A model generated the notes under the pieces. It was not told where the DNA came from. It was given only the letters and a program-made list of their open reading frames with translations, and did not search any database. Below are positions 47,017 to 57,369 of a stretch of DNA of 64,000 bases, in pieces. Both the position numbers and the translations under genes were made by a program. Source of the DNA: a virus; IMG/VR virus record IMGVR_UViG_3300047557_003310, positions 1 to 64,000 of that record; one strand, written 5' to 3'. Every line of letters starts with the position of its first letter. Positions within the stretch are counted from its first letter, which is position 1.

Positions 47017-48450
47017 ATGTTCCAATCCGAGCATCTGCAAGAAAAGTGGGCACCGCTTCTCAACTATGATGGTCTTGATCCAATCAAAGATTCTCATCGT
47101 AAAGCAGTAACCGCTGTCTTGCTCGAAAACCAAGAAAAATTCCTTAGAGAAGAACAAGCTTTCTCTAGTGGTGTACTAATGGAGTCACCAACCAACTCAG
47201 GCAATGCTCCTGGTGGTTATGGCGCTTACAGTAGTGTCGGTAGTGGCGCTGCTGCTGGTGGTCCTGTTGCTGGTTTCGATCCAGTTCTAATCAGCTTGAT
47301 TCGTCGTTCAATGCCCAACTTGGTGGCATACGATCTCGCTGGTGTTCAACCAATGACCGGTCCTACCGGACTTATCTTCGCAATGCGCTCTCGTTATAAT
47401 TCCCAAACTGGTGATGAAGCATTCTACAACGAAGTAAATACAGCCTTCTCTGGAACCAACGCAAATAGAAGTGCTACCAATGCTACCGATGCCGTTGCTG
47501 GTATGGGTACTACTGGTGGAACACAAACTGGTAGCAATCCTGGCATTCTAAATCCAGTTGGTACTGCTTCTTCACTTGGCTACAATGTAGGTCAAGGTAT
47601 GAAGACTGGTGACGCAGAAGGTCTAGGTTCAGGCGATTCTGGAACAGGTCAGTTCAACGAAATGGCCTTCTCAATTGAGAAGATTCTTGTTGAAGCAAAG
47701 TCAAGAGCACTAAAGGCCGAGTATAGCTTAGAGCTAGCACAAGACCTCAAGGCAATCCACGGTCTGAATGCTGAAGCGGAATTAGCAAATATTCTCTCAA
47801 CCGAGATTCTTGCTGAAATCAACCGCGAAGTAATCAGAACCATCTATAAGGTTGCTGAGCAAGGTGCTGCCACTAATACAGCAACTGCTGGTGTATTCGA
47901 CCTAGACATCGACTCCAATGGCCGTTGGTCAGTTGAGAAGTTCAAGGGTCTACTATTCCAAATCGAGCGTGATGCAAACGCAATTGCAATCAGAACTCGT
48001 AGAGGAAAGGGTAATGTAATCATGTGTTCATCTGATGTTGCATCAGCTCTAACCATGGCTGGCGTACTCGATTACACTCCTGCCCTAAATGCTAACCTAA
48101 ACGTAGATGACACCGGCAACACTTTTGCTGGCGTTCTAATGGGTAAGTATCGCGTATATATCGATCCTTATTCTGGTGGAACCAATCCTGGTGCTGATGG
48201 TGGTCAGTACTATGTTGTTGGTTATAAGGGAACCTCACCTTATGATGCAGGTCTCTTCTATTGTCCTTATGTTCCTCTCCAAATGGTTCGTGCCGTTGGT
48301 GAGAACACCTTCCAGCCTAAGATCGGCTTTAAGACTCGCTACGGAATGGTAGCAAATCCATTTGCCGAAGGTGCAGAAAAGGGTCTCGGTGCGCTAACCA
48401 TCAACGCAAACCGCTACTACAGAAGAGTACAGGTCAAAAACCTAATGTGA
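47017..48450 (+). CDS. g23: Major capsid protein gp23
   Basis: GVQPMTGPTGLIFAMR, KSRALKAEYSLELAQDLKAIHG, FQPKIGFKTRYG. Confidence 0.99.
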   Translation: MFQSEHLQEKWAPLLNYDGLDPIKDSHRKAVTAVLLENQEKFLREEQAFSSGVLMESPTNSGNAPGGYGAYSSVGSGAAAGGPVAGFDPVLISLIRRSMPNLVAYDLAGVQPMTGPTGLIFAMRSRYNSQTGDEAFYNEVNTAFSGTNANRSATNATDAVAGMGTTGGTQTGSNPGILNPVGTASSLGYNVGQGMKTGDAEGLGSGDSGTGQFNEMAFSIEKILVEAKSRALKAEYSLELAQDLKAIHGLNAEAELANILSTEILAEINREVIRTIYKVAEQGAATNTATAGVFDLDIDSNGRWSVEKFKGLLFQIERDANAIAIRTRRGKGNVIMCSSDVASALTMAGVLDYTPALNANLNVDDTGNTFAGVLMGKYRVYIDPYSGGTNPGADGGQYYVVGYKGTSPYDAGLFYCPYVPLQMVRAVGENTFQPKIGFKTRYGMVANPFAEGAEKGLGALTINANRYYRRVQVKNLM

Positions 48451-48472
48451 TTTAGATATAAAAAATATCTCC

Positions 48473-48500
48473 AAAGGGGACCGAAAGGTCCTCTTTTTTT
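48473..48500 (+). terminator. Terminator after g23
   Basis: GGGGACC-GAAA-GGTCCTC plus T run. Confidence 0.85.
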
Positions 48501-48505
48501 ATGTC

Positions 48506-48513
48506 TATAAATA
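48506..48513 (+). promoter_or_regulatory. T4-type late promoter
   Basis: Exact TATAAATA upstream of g3. Confidence 0.75.
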
Positions 48514-48522
48514 GTTCAAAAA

Positions 48523-49095
48523 ATGACCGGAAACGCATACAGTAACCAAATACAAAATAGAAATTTTTTACTGCCAACGCAGTTTAAATTTACTATAACT
48601 AGATCTCCAAAAGTTGCATTTTTTTCCAATACAGCAAATATACCGGCATTAAGTCTGGGTATAGCAAATCAACCAAGTTATTTGAGAGACATTCCACAAC
48701 CAGGAGATAAAATAAAATTTGAAGACTTTAATCTTCGTTTTATGGTCGATGAAAGTTTAGAAAATTATATGGAAATACAAAATTGGATTAGAGGTTTAGG
48801 TTATCCGGAGTCTTTGGATCAAATATATATATTACAAAGACAAAATCAAAAAGTAGAAACAAATATAAATTCAGAACTAAATTTGTATTCAGATGGAACG
48901 TTACAAGTTTTAACTAGCAATCAAAGACCAAACTTCCAAGTAAAATTTTATGATTTATTTCCATATGATTTGACTACACTATTATTTGATGCCACCGATA
49001 ATGATGCAGAATTCTTTACGGCAGAAGTAAAATTTAAGTATACTTACTATGAAATAACTGATAACAAAGGAAATCCTCTTTATGAATATCAATGA
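48523..49095 (+). CDS. g3: Tail completion/tube terminator gp3-like
   Basis: NFL.PTQFKF, F.VDE.LENY.EI..W, FKYTYY; cyanophage synteny g23-g3-uvsY-uvsW. Confidence 0.8.
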   Translation: MTGNAYSNQIQNRNFLLPTQFKFTITRSPKVAFFSNTANIPALSLGIANQPSYLRDIPQPGDKIKFEDFNLRFMVDESLENYMEIQNWIRGLGYPESLDQIYILQRQNQKVETNINSELNLYSDGTLQVLTSNQRPNFQVKFYDLFPYDLTTLLFDATDNDAEFFTAEVKFKYTYYEITDNKGNPLYEYQ

Positions 49096-49510
49096 AATAC
49101 AAAGCATGTGGGATCAAGATTCTAAAATAGATATAGACAATTTACATGTAGAATCTTTAAATATACCAAAATTGCACTCAAAATATTACGAGCTCTTTAA
49201 TAATATACTTCTATTAAAGAAAAAAGCGCAAGAAGAAAAGAATAAAATAAAGCACAAAAAATACGAGTATTATACCGGCAAAGCAAATCCAGAGGAATAC
49301 CAAGAGTCATATCAAAAAAGAATAAGAGACAAAGAACATTTAAATAGCTGCCTAAGTGCAGATGAAGATATTTCAAAAGTATCTTTAAAGATAGAATACT
49401 ATGATGCAATGTTGAATTATCTTAGTGATATTTTAAAAATGATTCATAGTAGAACATATCAAATAAAAAATTCAATTGAGTACCAAAAATATATTTCTGG
49501 ATATGGCTGA
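49082..49510 (+). CDS. uvsY: Recombination mediator UvsY
   Basis: W.QDSKID...LHSKYY, YYTGKA, R.YQIKNSIE. Confidence 0.85.
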   Translation: MNINEIQSMWDQDSKIDIDNLHVESLNIPKLHSKYYELFNNILLLKKKAQEEKNKIKHKKYEYYTGKANPEEYQESYQKRIRDKEHLNSCLSADEDISKVSLKIEYYDAMLNYLSDILKMIHSRTYQIKNSIEYQKYISGYG

Positions 49511-50978
49511 TGTTACTATTTTAAAAAAAAATGAAGTTTTTATAAAATTACAGTGTGAACCACATGTTTTATATGAACTTCAACCATATTTCACTTTTGA
49601 AGTTGAAAGCGCAAAATTTATGCCACAGTTTAGAAAAACTGGTTGGGACGGAACTATACACTTATTATCAATATCAACTGGTGAAATATATGCTGGATTA
49701 TTAGACAAAGTAATATCTAAAATAAAATCTCTAGGATATACATATGAATTCCAAGAAAATAAGTATTATGGACTTCCATTTGAAATAAATGATGAAATAA
49801 CTTTAGATGGTGTAAAAGGATACATGTCTGCAATATGTTTTTTTACACCATATGATTATCAAATAAATGCTGTATATGAATGTCTAAGATTCAATAGAAA
49901 AACAATTATATCTCCAACTGCATCTGGAAAATCATTGATAATATATTCGATTTCTAGATACTATGCTAGCAAAGGGCTAAAAATATTAATAATATTTCCA
50001 ACTACATCATTAATTCACCAAATGTCAAAAGACTTCAATGAATATGGTTGGGAATCAGAAAAATATTGTCATATGATATATTCTGGAAAAGAAAAAAATA
50101 ATAACTTGCCAATTACATTATCTACATGGCAATCCATATACAAAATGGAAAAATCTTTTTTCGAAAAGTTTGATTGTGTGATAGTTGATGAAGGTCATCA
50201 GGCAAAATCTAAGTCCTTAATTGATATCATGAAAAAATGCCATCATGCAAAATATAGATTTGCCTTTACTGGTACATTATCTAATGGGGGAAAGGATTCC
50301 CAAACGCATGAATGGGTGATTTCTGGATTATTTGGACCAACATATAAAACAATCAATACTAAAGAGATGATAGATAAAGGTAGAGCATCTCAGTTGGATA
50401 TACATTGTTTGGTTTTAAAACATTCTCCACAAAAATTTGATCAGTATGAAGATGAAATTCAATTTATAATTGGCAACGAAAAAAGAAATAATTTTATTAA
50501 AAATTTAGCATTAGATTTAAAAGGAAATAGTTTAATTTTATTTGCCAGGGTCGAATCACATGGAGAACCTTTATATCAATTGATAAATAATCACAGTGAA
50601 AAAAATAGAAAAGTATTTTTTGTTCATGGCGGTGTCGATGTGAATGACAGAGAAGAAGTAAGAGAAATTACTGAAAGAGAAAATAATGCGATTATAGTTG
50701 CAAGTTATGGAGTTTTTAGTACTGGAATTTCTATTAGAAATTTACACAATATAATATTTGCATCTCCAAGTAAATCTAGAATTAGAAATCTACAAAGTAT
50801 TGGAAGAGTATTAAGAAAAGGGAACAATAAAGACAGAGCTACATTATATGATATATCAGATGATTGTACTTTTAATGGAAAGAAAAACTACACTCTAAAT
50901 CATTTTATAGAGAGAGTCAAGCTATATAACCAAGAAGAATTTAATTATGAAATTATACCCATAAATTTAAAAGAATAA
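49503..50978 (+). CDS. uvsW: DNA helicase UvsW
   Basis: SPTASGKS, DEGH, TGT, QSIGRVLR SF2 motifs. Confidence 0.95.
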   Translation: MADVTILKKNEVFIKLQCEPHVLYELQPYFTFEVESAKFMPQFRKTGWDGTIHLLSISTGEIYAGLLDKVISKIKSLGYTYEFQENKYYGLPFEINDEITLDGVKGYMSAICFFTPYDYQINAVYECLRFNRKTIISPTASGKSLIIYSISRYYASKGLKILIIFPTTSLIHQMSKDFNEYGWESEKYCHMIYSGKEKNNNLPITLSTWQSIYKMEKSFFEKFDCVIVDEGHQAKSKSLIDIMKKCHHAKYRFAFTGTLSNGGKDSQTHEWVISGLFGPTYKTINTKEMIDKGRASQLDIHCLVLKHSPQKFDQYEDEIQFIIGNEKRNNFIKNLALDLKGNSLILFARVESHGEPLYQLINNHSEKNRKVFFVHGGVDVNDREEVREITERENNAIIVASYGVFSTGISIRNLHNIIFASPSKSRIRNLQSIGRVLRKGNNKDRATLYDISDDCTFNGKKNYTLNHFIERVKLYNQEEFNYEIIPINLKE

Positions 50979-51382
50979 TGGAAGAGGATTTTTATGCTAG
51001 TATAAAATTAATCAGTGGAGAAGAGTTATTTGCGAAAGTAATTCCATCCCAAGAAAATAAAAAATCTATTTTGATAGTTTCTGATCCTGTAATTTTAACA
51101 GAAGTAAAGACGAGAGGCGGAATCGCGTATAAGATAGAACAATGGATGAAAACCTCAGATGATGATATATTTGTAATTGATATGAAAAATATAATTACAA
51201 TTAGTGAAACCTTTGATATCGATATGATTACAATGCATCAAAAATTTGTTAGACATAAACAATATGAAAAACAAAATTCAGAATTTGGTATTAATTATTT
51301 TAAAATAACAAAAGAAATGGGATATATTTCTAATGTAGATGAAGCTAAAAAGATATTAGAAAAAATATTTAATAATTTATAA
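50978..51382 (+). CDS. Conserved hypothetical protein (T4-like cyanophage)
   Basis: YASIKLISGEELFA motif; between uvsW and g55. Confidence 0.75.
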   Translation: MEEDFYASIKLISGEELFAKVIPSQENKKSILIVSDPVILTEVKTRGGIAYKIEQWMKTSDDDIFVIDMKNIITISETFDIDMITMHQKFVRHKQYEKQNSEFGINYFKITKEMGYISNVDEAKKILEKIFNNL

Positions 51383-51527
51383 ATTGTTTTTCCTTCGGAA
51401 AAACATTCTCTAAAGAGAATATATTCTTTATTGTTATTAATAATTAATAAAGACTAATTATTCATCAAAGCCGACAAAGCAGATCCTACTCACTTTTTCT
51501 TACTTTGTCAAGTCCCCTATTTAGGTA

Positions 51528-51556
51528 TTGCCTTTTATATGATCGTATGTTATAAT
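51528..51556 (+). promoter_or_regulatory. sigma70-like promoter for g55
   Basis: TTGCCT-17 bp-TATAAT with TG extension. Confidence 0.75.
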
Positions 51557-51583
51557 TTCTATACATATTATTTGTAAGTATCC

Positions 51584-52081
51584 ATGATAACAACAGCCGT
51601 CATGACAAAACGAAAGCGTAGTGTTCACTATGTTAATAATAAGGAATTCTTGGCTGCTTTAGTGGAATATCGCATTTTAGTAAAATTAGCGAAAGAAAAA
51701 GACCAACCGCAGCCAAGAATTCCAAATTATATAGGAGAATGCTTTTTAAAGATTGCCACTCACTTGTCATTTAAACCAAATTTTGTCAATTATATGTTTA
51801 AAGATGATATGATTTGTGATGGAATTGAAAATTGTATTCAGTATGTTCTAAATTTTGATCCGGAAAAATCACAGAACCCATTTGCATATTTCACTCAAGT
51901 TATACATTATGCTTTTTTAAGACGAATACAAAAAGAAAAAAGACAATTAGAAATAAAGGGTAAAATATTAGAAAGATCTGGATTTGATCAGGTTTTTGTG
52001 GACGATAATACTTTGGATGTGTGTAATTATAGTGATTATAATTCAATAAAAGATAATGTTCATTCAAAATTAAGGTATTGA
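51584..52081 (+). CDS. g55: Late-transcription sigma factor gp55
   Basis: HYVNNKEF, YIGECFLKIA, NPFAYFTQ...AFLRRIQKEK. Confidence 0.96.
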   Translation: MITTAVMTKRKRSVHYVNNKEFLAALVEYRILVKLAKEKDQPQPRIPNYIGECFLKIATHLSFKPNFVNYMFKDDMICDGIENCIQYVLNFDPEKSQNPFAYFTQVIHYAFLRRIQKEKRQLEIKGKILERSGFDQVFVDDNTLDVCNYSDYNSIKDNVHSKLRY

Positions 52082-52092
52082 TTTAATATACT

Positions 52093-53130
52093 ATGTTAGT
52101 TGCATTAATTACTGATACTCATTGGGGAGCAAGAAAGTCTTCTAAGTTGTTTCAAGACTATTTTGAGCAATTCTATAAAAATATTTTTTTTCCTAAATTA
52201 GAAGAACTTAATATTGAGACTGTAGTTCATCTTGGTGATGCATTTGATAACAGAAAATCAATTGATTTATTTGGTTTGGAATGGACTAAAAGAGTGGTGT
52301 TAGATCCACTTAGCAAATATAATGTACATTTAATCAGTGGAAATCATGATGTATATTTTAAATCTACTAATCGTATAAATTCACCAGATTTGCTTCTTTC
52401 GGAGTATCCAAATATAAAGGTTTATTCAAATCCAACTGAAATTGATATTCATGGACTTAATACAGTTCTCGTGCCTTGGATAAATCAAGAAAATGAGATT
52501 GAGGTTATAAATTTAATCAATCAAACTAAATCGAACATTCTTATGGGTCATTTGGAATTGAACGGTTTTGTTGCACATAAAGGACATACAATGGAAGATG
52601 GTAGAGACCCATCTATGTTCAATAAATTTAAAAAAGTTTTTTCTGGACATTACCATACTAGATCCGATAACGGAAAAATATATTATATGGGAAATCCATA
52701 CGAAATATATTTTAATGATGTTGACGAAGTTAGAGGATTTGTTATTTTAGATACAGAAACTTTAGAGCATTATTATATTGATAATCCATATAAAATGCAC
52801 TACAATTTATATTATGAAGATACACCACATCAAACTCTAAATTCTAAAAATTTTGAGAACAAAATAATTAAAGTAATAGTTAGAAAAAAAACAAAAGTAA
52901 AATTATTTGAAAGCTATATCGATAAAATTCTTAAATCTAATGTTGCTGAATTAAAAATAGTAGAAAATCATATTTCAGTAGATACGGAAGAATTTGACGT
53001 TTCATTAGAAAATGAAGACACACTATCTTTACTACAAAGATTCATTGATGAAAGTGAAATGGAATTAAATAAAGATATGATAAAAAATATCTTAAAAGAT
53101 GTTTACAGAGAGGCTTGCGAGATGGTATAA
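52093..53130 (+). CDS. g47: Recombination endonuclease gp47 (Mre11/SbcD-like)
   Basis: DTHWG, GDAFDNR, GNHD, SGHYH phosphoesterase motifs. Confidence 0.95.
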   Translation: MLVALITDTHWGARKSSKLFQDYFEQFYKNIFFPKLEELNIETVVHLGDAFDNRKSIDLFGLEWTKRVVLDPLSKYNVHLISGNHDVYFKSTNRINSPDLLLSEYPNIKVYSNPTEIDIHGLNTVLVPWINQENEIEVINLINQTKSNILMGHLELNGFVAHKGHTMEDGRDPSMFNKFKKVFSGHYHTRSDNGKIYYMGNPYEIYFNDVDEVRGFVILDTETLEHYYIDNPYKMHYNLYYEDTPHQTLNSKNFENKIIKVIVRKKTKVKLFESYIDKILKSNVAELKIVENHISVDTEEFDVSLENEDTLSLLQRFIDESEMELNKDMIKNILKDVYREACEMV

Positions 53131-53390
53131 TGTTTTTGATAACACTAGACGGAAGAGAAACTGATGGAGCATATTCCGTGATGAATGAAGACGGAAAAAA
53201 AGTAGTCTTCTTTTTCCAAGAAGAAGACGATGCTGTTCGTTATGCTTTAATGCTAGAAGAGTCCGGTATGCCAGAAACTCATGTTATAGAATATGATGAT
53301 CAAATTTTAATAAAAACATGTGAGGTTACTGGAAATCTCTATACCGTTATTACACCCAATGATATTGTTATTCCACCCAAAGGTATATGA
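53130..53390 (+). CDS. Conserved hypothetical protein (DUF3110-like)
   Basis: GAYS...FQEEDDAVRYALMLE; TAATG-coupled. Confidence 0.65.
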   Translation: MFLITLDGRETDGAYSVMNEDGKKVVFFFQEEDDAVRYALMLEESGMPETHVIEYDDQILIKTCEVTGNLYTVITPNDIVIPPKGI

Positions 53391-55111
53391 TCATATTTAA
53401 AAAAGTAAAATTTAAAAATTTTCTTTCTTTTGGTAATACTTTTACTGAAATTAATCTGGATAAAAATGGCAACACTTGCATTCTAGGTAAAAATGGAAGT
53501 GGCAAAAGTTCATTTATGGATGCAATTACTTATGGGTTATTTGGGAAATCTTATCGTTTAGTAAATAAGCCACAATTAATCAATTCAATTAACGAAAAGG
53601 AGTGTTTGGTTGAAATTGAATTTAGAATTGGCACAGTAAATTGGAAAGTAAGAAGAGGACAGAAGCCAAATATATTTGAAATATATAAAGAACAAACTTT
53701 GTTGGATCAAAACGCATCTTCAGTAGATCAACAAAAATGGTTCGAGCAAAATATATTAAAAATAAATTATAAGTCATTTACTCAAATTGTAATCTTGGGT
53801 AATAGTAACTTTACTCCGTTTATGCAACTACCAGCAGCAAGTAGGAGAGAAGTCATTGAAGAATTGTTAGATATTAAAATATTTTCTTCGATGAATTCTG
53901 TTGTTAAAGATAAAATAAAATCATTAAAAGAAGAAGTAAAGGTACTAGAAATAAAAAAAGATTTACTAGAAGATAAAGTTAAAATGCAAATCAATTTTAT
54001 TGATGATGTAGAAAAAACTGGGAAAGATGAAATTTTAAATAAATTAGACAAAATTAAAAAATTAGAATCTTATATCAACGACGTAGACTCAGAAAATAGT
54101 AATTTAATTTCACAGGTAGAAGATTTAAATTTAAAATTAAAAGATTATACTGGAGCATCAGATAAACTTAAAAAATTAGGAACAATTAAGGGAAAATTAG
54201 CACAAAAAGTTTCTACTGTAACTAGTAATCACAAATTTTTTCTTGATACTTCTACTTGTCCAACTTGTACTCAGTCTATAAATGATGATTTGAAGCAAGA
54301 AAAAATTGGAGAATGTCAAACTTCCATAGATGAATTAAAATTAGCATATGAACATATTAAACAATCTATGGAAGAAGAAGAAGTAAGAGAAAAAAATTTC
54401 TCACAAATATCCAATAATATAATTAGTTTAAATCATAGAATTTCTCAAAATAATTTAAAACAATCTCAAAGTAAAACTCAAATCAAAGATATTAGTACAG
54501 AAATTAAAGAAATAAAAGAAAGATTACAAAATAAAAATGCCGAACACCAAAAACTAAATCAACTTGAATCGGAATTAAAGCAAATAAAAAAAGAATACTT
54601 AGATAAGAAACAAAATATACATTATACTGAATATGTTTCTATTATGCTAAAAGATGGAGGAGTCAAATCTAAAATAATTAAAAAATACTTACCATTAATC
54701 AATCAACAAGTTAACAAATATTTGAAAATGATGGATTTTTACATCAATTTCAATTTAGATGAAGAATTTAATGAATCAATTTGTACTCCAATATATGAAG
54801 ATTTTAGTTACTCTTCATTCTCTGAAGGCCAAAGACAAAGAATTAATTTAGCGTTACTTTTTACTTGGAGGGATCTAGCAAAAATTAAAAATTCAACTAA
54901 TGTTAATATTTTAGTGTTGGATGAAGTATTCGATTCTTCTTTGGATTCAGCTGGAACTGATGATTTTTTAAGAATCATTAAAACAGTCATAAAAGATTCT
55001 ACGATTTTTGTTATTTCACATAAAGACGGAATACAAGATAAATTTAATAATGTGATAGAATTTGAAAAGAAAGGAAATTTTTCTACTATGAAATTGGATT
55101 GTGCCAGTTAA
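53387..55111 (+). CDS. g46: Recombination ATPase gp46 (Rad50/SbcC-like)
   Basis: GKNGSGKS, CPTC zinc hook, FSEGQ signature, LDEVFDSSLD. Confidence 0.96.
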   Translation: MIIFKKVKFKNFLSFGNTFTEINLDKNGNTCILGKNGSGKSSFMDAITYGLFGKSYRLVNKPQLINSINEKECLVEIEFRIGTVNWKVRRGQKPNIFEIYKEQTLLDQNASSVDQQKWFEQNILKINYKSFTQIVILGNSNFTPFMQLPAASRREVIEELLDIKIFSSMNSVVKDKIKSLKEEVKVLEIKKDLLEDKVKMQINFIDDVEKTGKDEILNKLDKIKKLESYINDVDSENSNLISQVEDLNLKLKDYTGASDKLKKLGTIKGKLAQKVSTVTSNHKFFLDTSTCPTCTQSINDDLKQEKIGECQTSIDELKLAYEHIKQSMEEEEVREKNFSQISNNIISLNHRISQNNLKQSQSKTQIKDISTEIKEIKERLQNKNAEHQKLNQLESELKQIKKEYLDKKQNIHYTEYVSIMLKDGGVKSKIIKKYLPLINQQVNKYLKMMDFYINFNLDEEFNESICTPIYEDFSYSSFSEGQRQRINLALLFTWRDLAKIKNSTNVNILVLDEVFDSSLDSAGTDDFLRIIKTVIKDSTIFVISHKDGIQDKFNNVIEFEKKGNFSTMKLDCAS

Positions 55112-55157
55112 ATTTGTGTCTTTCAAACCACCATTTGGTGGTTTTTTTGTGTATAAT
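55101..55157 (+). promoter_or_regulatory. Degenerate early palindrome, hairpin and -10 box
   Basis: GTGCCAGTT-AAAT-TTGTGTCTT (55101-55122), AAACCACC/GGTGGTTT hairpin, TATAAT (55152-55157). Confidence 0.6.
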
Positions 55158-55179
55158 AATTCCACATTAAATTAATTTC

Positions 55180-57291
55180 ATGAAACCAAAGCACGAAATC
55201 TACGGTAATCTCGCTCGTCTTCTTGCTACTGAGAATCTTGACATTGTACACAAAAATGTAGAAACTGCATCATTTAATGTAGATAGCAGAACCCTGACTC
55301 TTCCGATTTGGGATAAAGCTTCTGATACTGTATATCAGCTTTTGCTTAGTCATGAAGCTGGTCATGCAATCTATACTTCTACAGAAGATTGGTCAAAATT
55401 GACTGATGTTCCAATGCAATTTTTGAATGTAACAGAAGATGTTAGGATTGAAAAGTTGATGAAGCGTAGATATCCTGGACTCAAAAAGACATTTTTTAAT
55501 GGATATAAAGAATTGAATGATGAAGATTTTTTTGGAATTGCAGATGATGATATTACAGAATATAATTTTGCAGATAAAGTAAATCTATATTTTAAAATTG
55601 GAAACTTCATAAATTTACAATTTACCGAAATTGAAACAAAAATTTTGGATCAAATCCAAGAGGCTGAAACTTTTACTGATGCAATTAAAGCAGCAGAAGT
55701 TCTTTACGAGTATTGCAAAAAGGAAGAAAGTAAAATTGATAATATTACAAAGGATCTAACGCAATCTGGTTCACTTTCATCTGATTATAGTGAAAATCAA
55801 CAACAAAATCAAAACGAAGAAATCAATTCAGAATCTTCATCTTCAGATGATAGTAAAAAGAGCAGTAGTAATAATGATATTCCCAACTCAAGTAAAGAAG
55901 ACTCTAACACGAATGAAAAGAAAAATAATGACTACGATTCTTCTTTGGGCTCAAACTACATTAAAACTGCCAATTCCTTCTCGAAGGCAGTGAATAATTT
56001 GCGTGATACTGATAATAAGGATATTGCATATTTGGAAGTACCAAAGTTAAATCTCGATCAAGTAGTAGTCAAGACAAAAAAAATTCATTCTTTGTGCCAA
56101 AGGTATTGGGATGAACATTCAGACTCGTGTGATTTTTCAGCTGTGGATGCTGATTATATCAAATTTAAAAATTCTGCAAAGAAAGAAGTAAATTATTTGG
56201 TAAAAGAATTTGAATGTAAAAAAGCTGCAGATGCCTACTCCAAATCATCTGAATCTAAAACCGGAGTTTTGGATTGTAGTTCTCTTTATTCCTACAAATA
56301 CAATGAAGATATTTTCAAAAAAATCATCACGGTACCAGAAGGTAAAAATCATGGATTGATTTTTATTTTAGATTGGTCTGGATCAATGGACACGGTAATC
56401 TTAGAGACATGCCGTCAACTTTTTAATTTGATTTGGTTCTGTAAGAGATCTTCAATTCCTTTTGAAGTATATGCATTTACAAATTCCTGGTCATATTCTT
56501 ATGGTAAATGTCTAGGAGCAGAGAACGATACAATTTTAGTTGATGGCAATTTTAATTTACTGAATTTTATTTCTAGTTCTGTAAATTCTACTACTTTAGA
56601 GCAACATATGAAAAATATGTATAGACTTGCTTACTACTTTAGTCATGCAACAAATTACAACATACCTTCACAATTATCTTTATCTGGGACTCCACTGAAT
56701 GAAACTATGATCGCTTTACATCAAATCATTCCAGAATTCCAGAAAAAAACCAAAGTACAAAAAGTACAATGTGTAGTTTTAACTGATGGAGAAGCTAGTG
56801 CACTTAATCGTGTCAATTTTTATGAAGGCAAAAAATGTAGCTCAATAATTGGAAATAATTGTTTTCTTCGAGATAGGAATTTAAAAACAACTTATAACTT
56901 TCCTCGTTATTCTTATTATGCAAGTCACAAATTTACTGATGTCCTCCTGAAACATTTGAAAGATGTGTTCCCTTCAGTTAACTTCATTGGAATTCGACTT
57001 CTAACCAATGGAGAAATTGTAAGTTTTGTGAAACAACATATGGAAGATTGCACACTTGAACAGCATGGTAAAATTATGTCAGATTGGAAAAAATACAAGT
57101 CATGTTCTTTGGCTTTATCTGGTTATGATTGTTACTTTGGAATTCATTCCAGTTCTTTGGGGAACAATTCTGAGTTTGAAGTGAGCGAATCTCCATCTAT
57201 CGTTGACATTAGAAATGCATTCAAAAAATCACTGCAATCCAAAAAAATGAATAAAAAGATTCTTTCTCAATTCGTAGATTTGATCGCCTAA
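55180..57291 (+). CDS. CobT-like protein: HExxH metallopeptidase-like domain plus VWA domain
   Basis: HEAGH, EDVRIE, MIDAS DWSGS, GTPL and LTDGEA motifs. Confidence 0.8.
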   Translation: MKPKHEIYGNLARLLATENLDIVHKNVETASFNVDSRTLTLPIWDKASDTVYQLLLSHEAGHAIYTSTEDWSKLTDVPMQFLNVTEDVRIEKLMKRRYPGLKKTFFNGYKELNDEDFFGIADDDITEYNFADKVNLYFKIGNFINLQFTEIETKILDQIQEAETFTDAIKAAEVLYEYCKKEESKIDNITKDLTQSGSLSSDYSENQQQNQNEEINSESSSSDDSKKSSSNNDIPNSSKEDSNTNEKKNNDYDSSLGSNYIKTANSFSKAVNNLRDTDNKDIAYLEVPKLNLDQVVVKTKKIHSLCQRYWDEHSDSCDFSAVDADYIKFKNSAKKEVNYLVKEFECKKAADAYSKSSESKTGVLDCSSLYSYKYNEDIFKKIITVPEGKNHGLIFILDWSGSMDTVILETCRQLFNLIWFCKRSSIPFEVYAFTNSWSYSYGKCLGAENDTILVDGNFNLLNFISSSVNSTTLEQHMKNMYRLAYYFSHATNYNIPSQLSLSGTPLNETMIALHQIIPEFQKKTKVQKVQCVVLTDGEASALNRVNFYEGKKCSSIIGNNCFLRDRNLKTTYNFPRYSYYASHKFTDVLLKHLKDVFPSVNFIGIRLLTNGEIVSFVKQHMEDCTLEQHGKIMSDWKKYKSCSLALSGYDCYFGIHSSSLGNNSEFEVSESPSIVDIRNAFKKSLQSKKMNKKILSQFVDLIA

Positions 57292-57347
57292 TCCAATTTT
57301 TAAACCGTCCATGGGCTTACCTCTTTTTCCCATGGACTTGCTATAAT
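57290..57347 (+). promoter_or_regulatory. Degenerate early palindrome, hairpin and -10 box
   Basis: AATCCAATT-TTTA-AACCGTCCA (57290-57311), GTCCATGGG/CCCATGGAC inverted repeat, TGC-TATAAT (57339-57347). Confidence 0.55.
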
Positions 57348-57369
57348 TAAAAAGTTCCAAATCCAAACC

